A stretch of DNA of 64,000 nucleotides, from positions 265,295 through 329,294 of the forward strand of contig JBAZWB010000001.1 in assembly GCA_041660605.1 (NCBI GenBank), read 5' to 3'. Source of the DNA: Patescibacteria group bacterium. GTDB lineage: Bacteria > Patescibacteriota > Patescibacteriia > UBA10025 > JAHIVO01. Shown here in pieces: positions 63,973 through 64,000 of the stretch (position 1 is the first letter of the stretch; each line of letters begins with the position of its first letter). The notes beneath the pieces were generated by a model. That model ran no database searches. It was not told the DNA's origin and was given only the letters and a program-made list of their open reading frames with translations. A program made the position numbers and the translations under genes.

Positions 63973-64000
63973 GACAATAACTGAGTTGCTCAAGCGGGGC
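63965..64000 (+). CDS. possible start of downstream gene (MFKTITELLKRG..., truncated by window end)
   Basis: ATG 63965 overlaps the preceding stop (ATGTTTAA), suggesting translational coupling. Only 12 codons are visible. Confidence 0.2.
   Translation, partial: MFKTITELLKRG

Overview
This 64-kb window is gene-dense and looks bacterial, about 45% GC. The gene content suggests a small-genome, possibly CPR/Patescibacteria-like organism; this is inference only, because no rRNA or other taxonomic marker is present.

Housekeeping blocks, in order:
- Two DsbA-type thioredoxins plus the lipoprotein transferase Lgt (1-2450).
- A minus-strand tRNA cluster: Met(CAU), initiator fMet, a chimeric tRNA-like fragment and Leu(CAA) (3197-3880). 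It is preceded by two tandem degenerate copies of the tRNA-Met 3' half.
- The partition genes parA and parB, then a membrane protein with an O-antigen-ligase-like domain and TPR repeats.
- A GC-richer secreted-protein gene with its own consensus promoter, ribosome-binding site and terminator.
- A minus-strand block: a fused membrane/spermidine-synthase protein, topA, dprA and mfd.
- A small-ORF pair behind a structured leader.
- A second minus-strand block: pilM, pilT, pth, der and an LCP-family protein.
- A glycosyltransferase gene, then a tangled tRNA-Val locus: Val(CAC), Val(GAC), and nested or disrupted Val-like copies carrying insertions.
- lepB, hisS, a HIT-family gene, rpsU and a GatB/YqeY gene.
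- A 10-kb gene for a 3350-aa cysteine-rich giant protein, followed by three tandem paralogs that share a conserved membrane anchor and thrombospondin-type-3-like calcium-binding repeats.
- ybeY, dgkA, ftsA and ftsZ.
- nrdR with two NrdR boxes in its own promoter, the class II reductase nrdJ, and a B12 adenosyltransferase / DUF4430 / putative transporter-component cluster.
- A polysaccharide deacetylase, htrA, glnA on the minus strand, prfB with the classic programmed +1 frameshift, and glmS.
- A small protein, a four-helix-bundle protein, and comEC split from a metallo-beta-lactamase-fold hydrolase that carries an in-frame GC-rich palindromic insertion.
- A final module of an SPFH-domain protein and unknown membrane proteins with strong Shine-Dalgarno sites.

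The most interesting signals are:
- The giant protein, whose N-terminus resembles a VirB2/TrbC pilin-like domain, together with its three calcium-repeat paralogs.
- A family of GC-rich nested-palindrome insertions that interrupt tRNA loops, including the canonical 37/38 intron position, and one coding sequence.
- The nested and split tRNA-Val arrangement.
- A leader RNA carrying two anti-Shine-Dalgarno complements.

Many short antisense ORFs in the supplied track are spurious.
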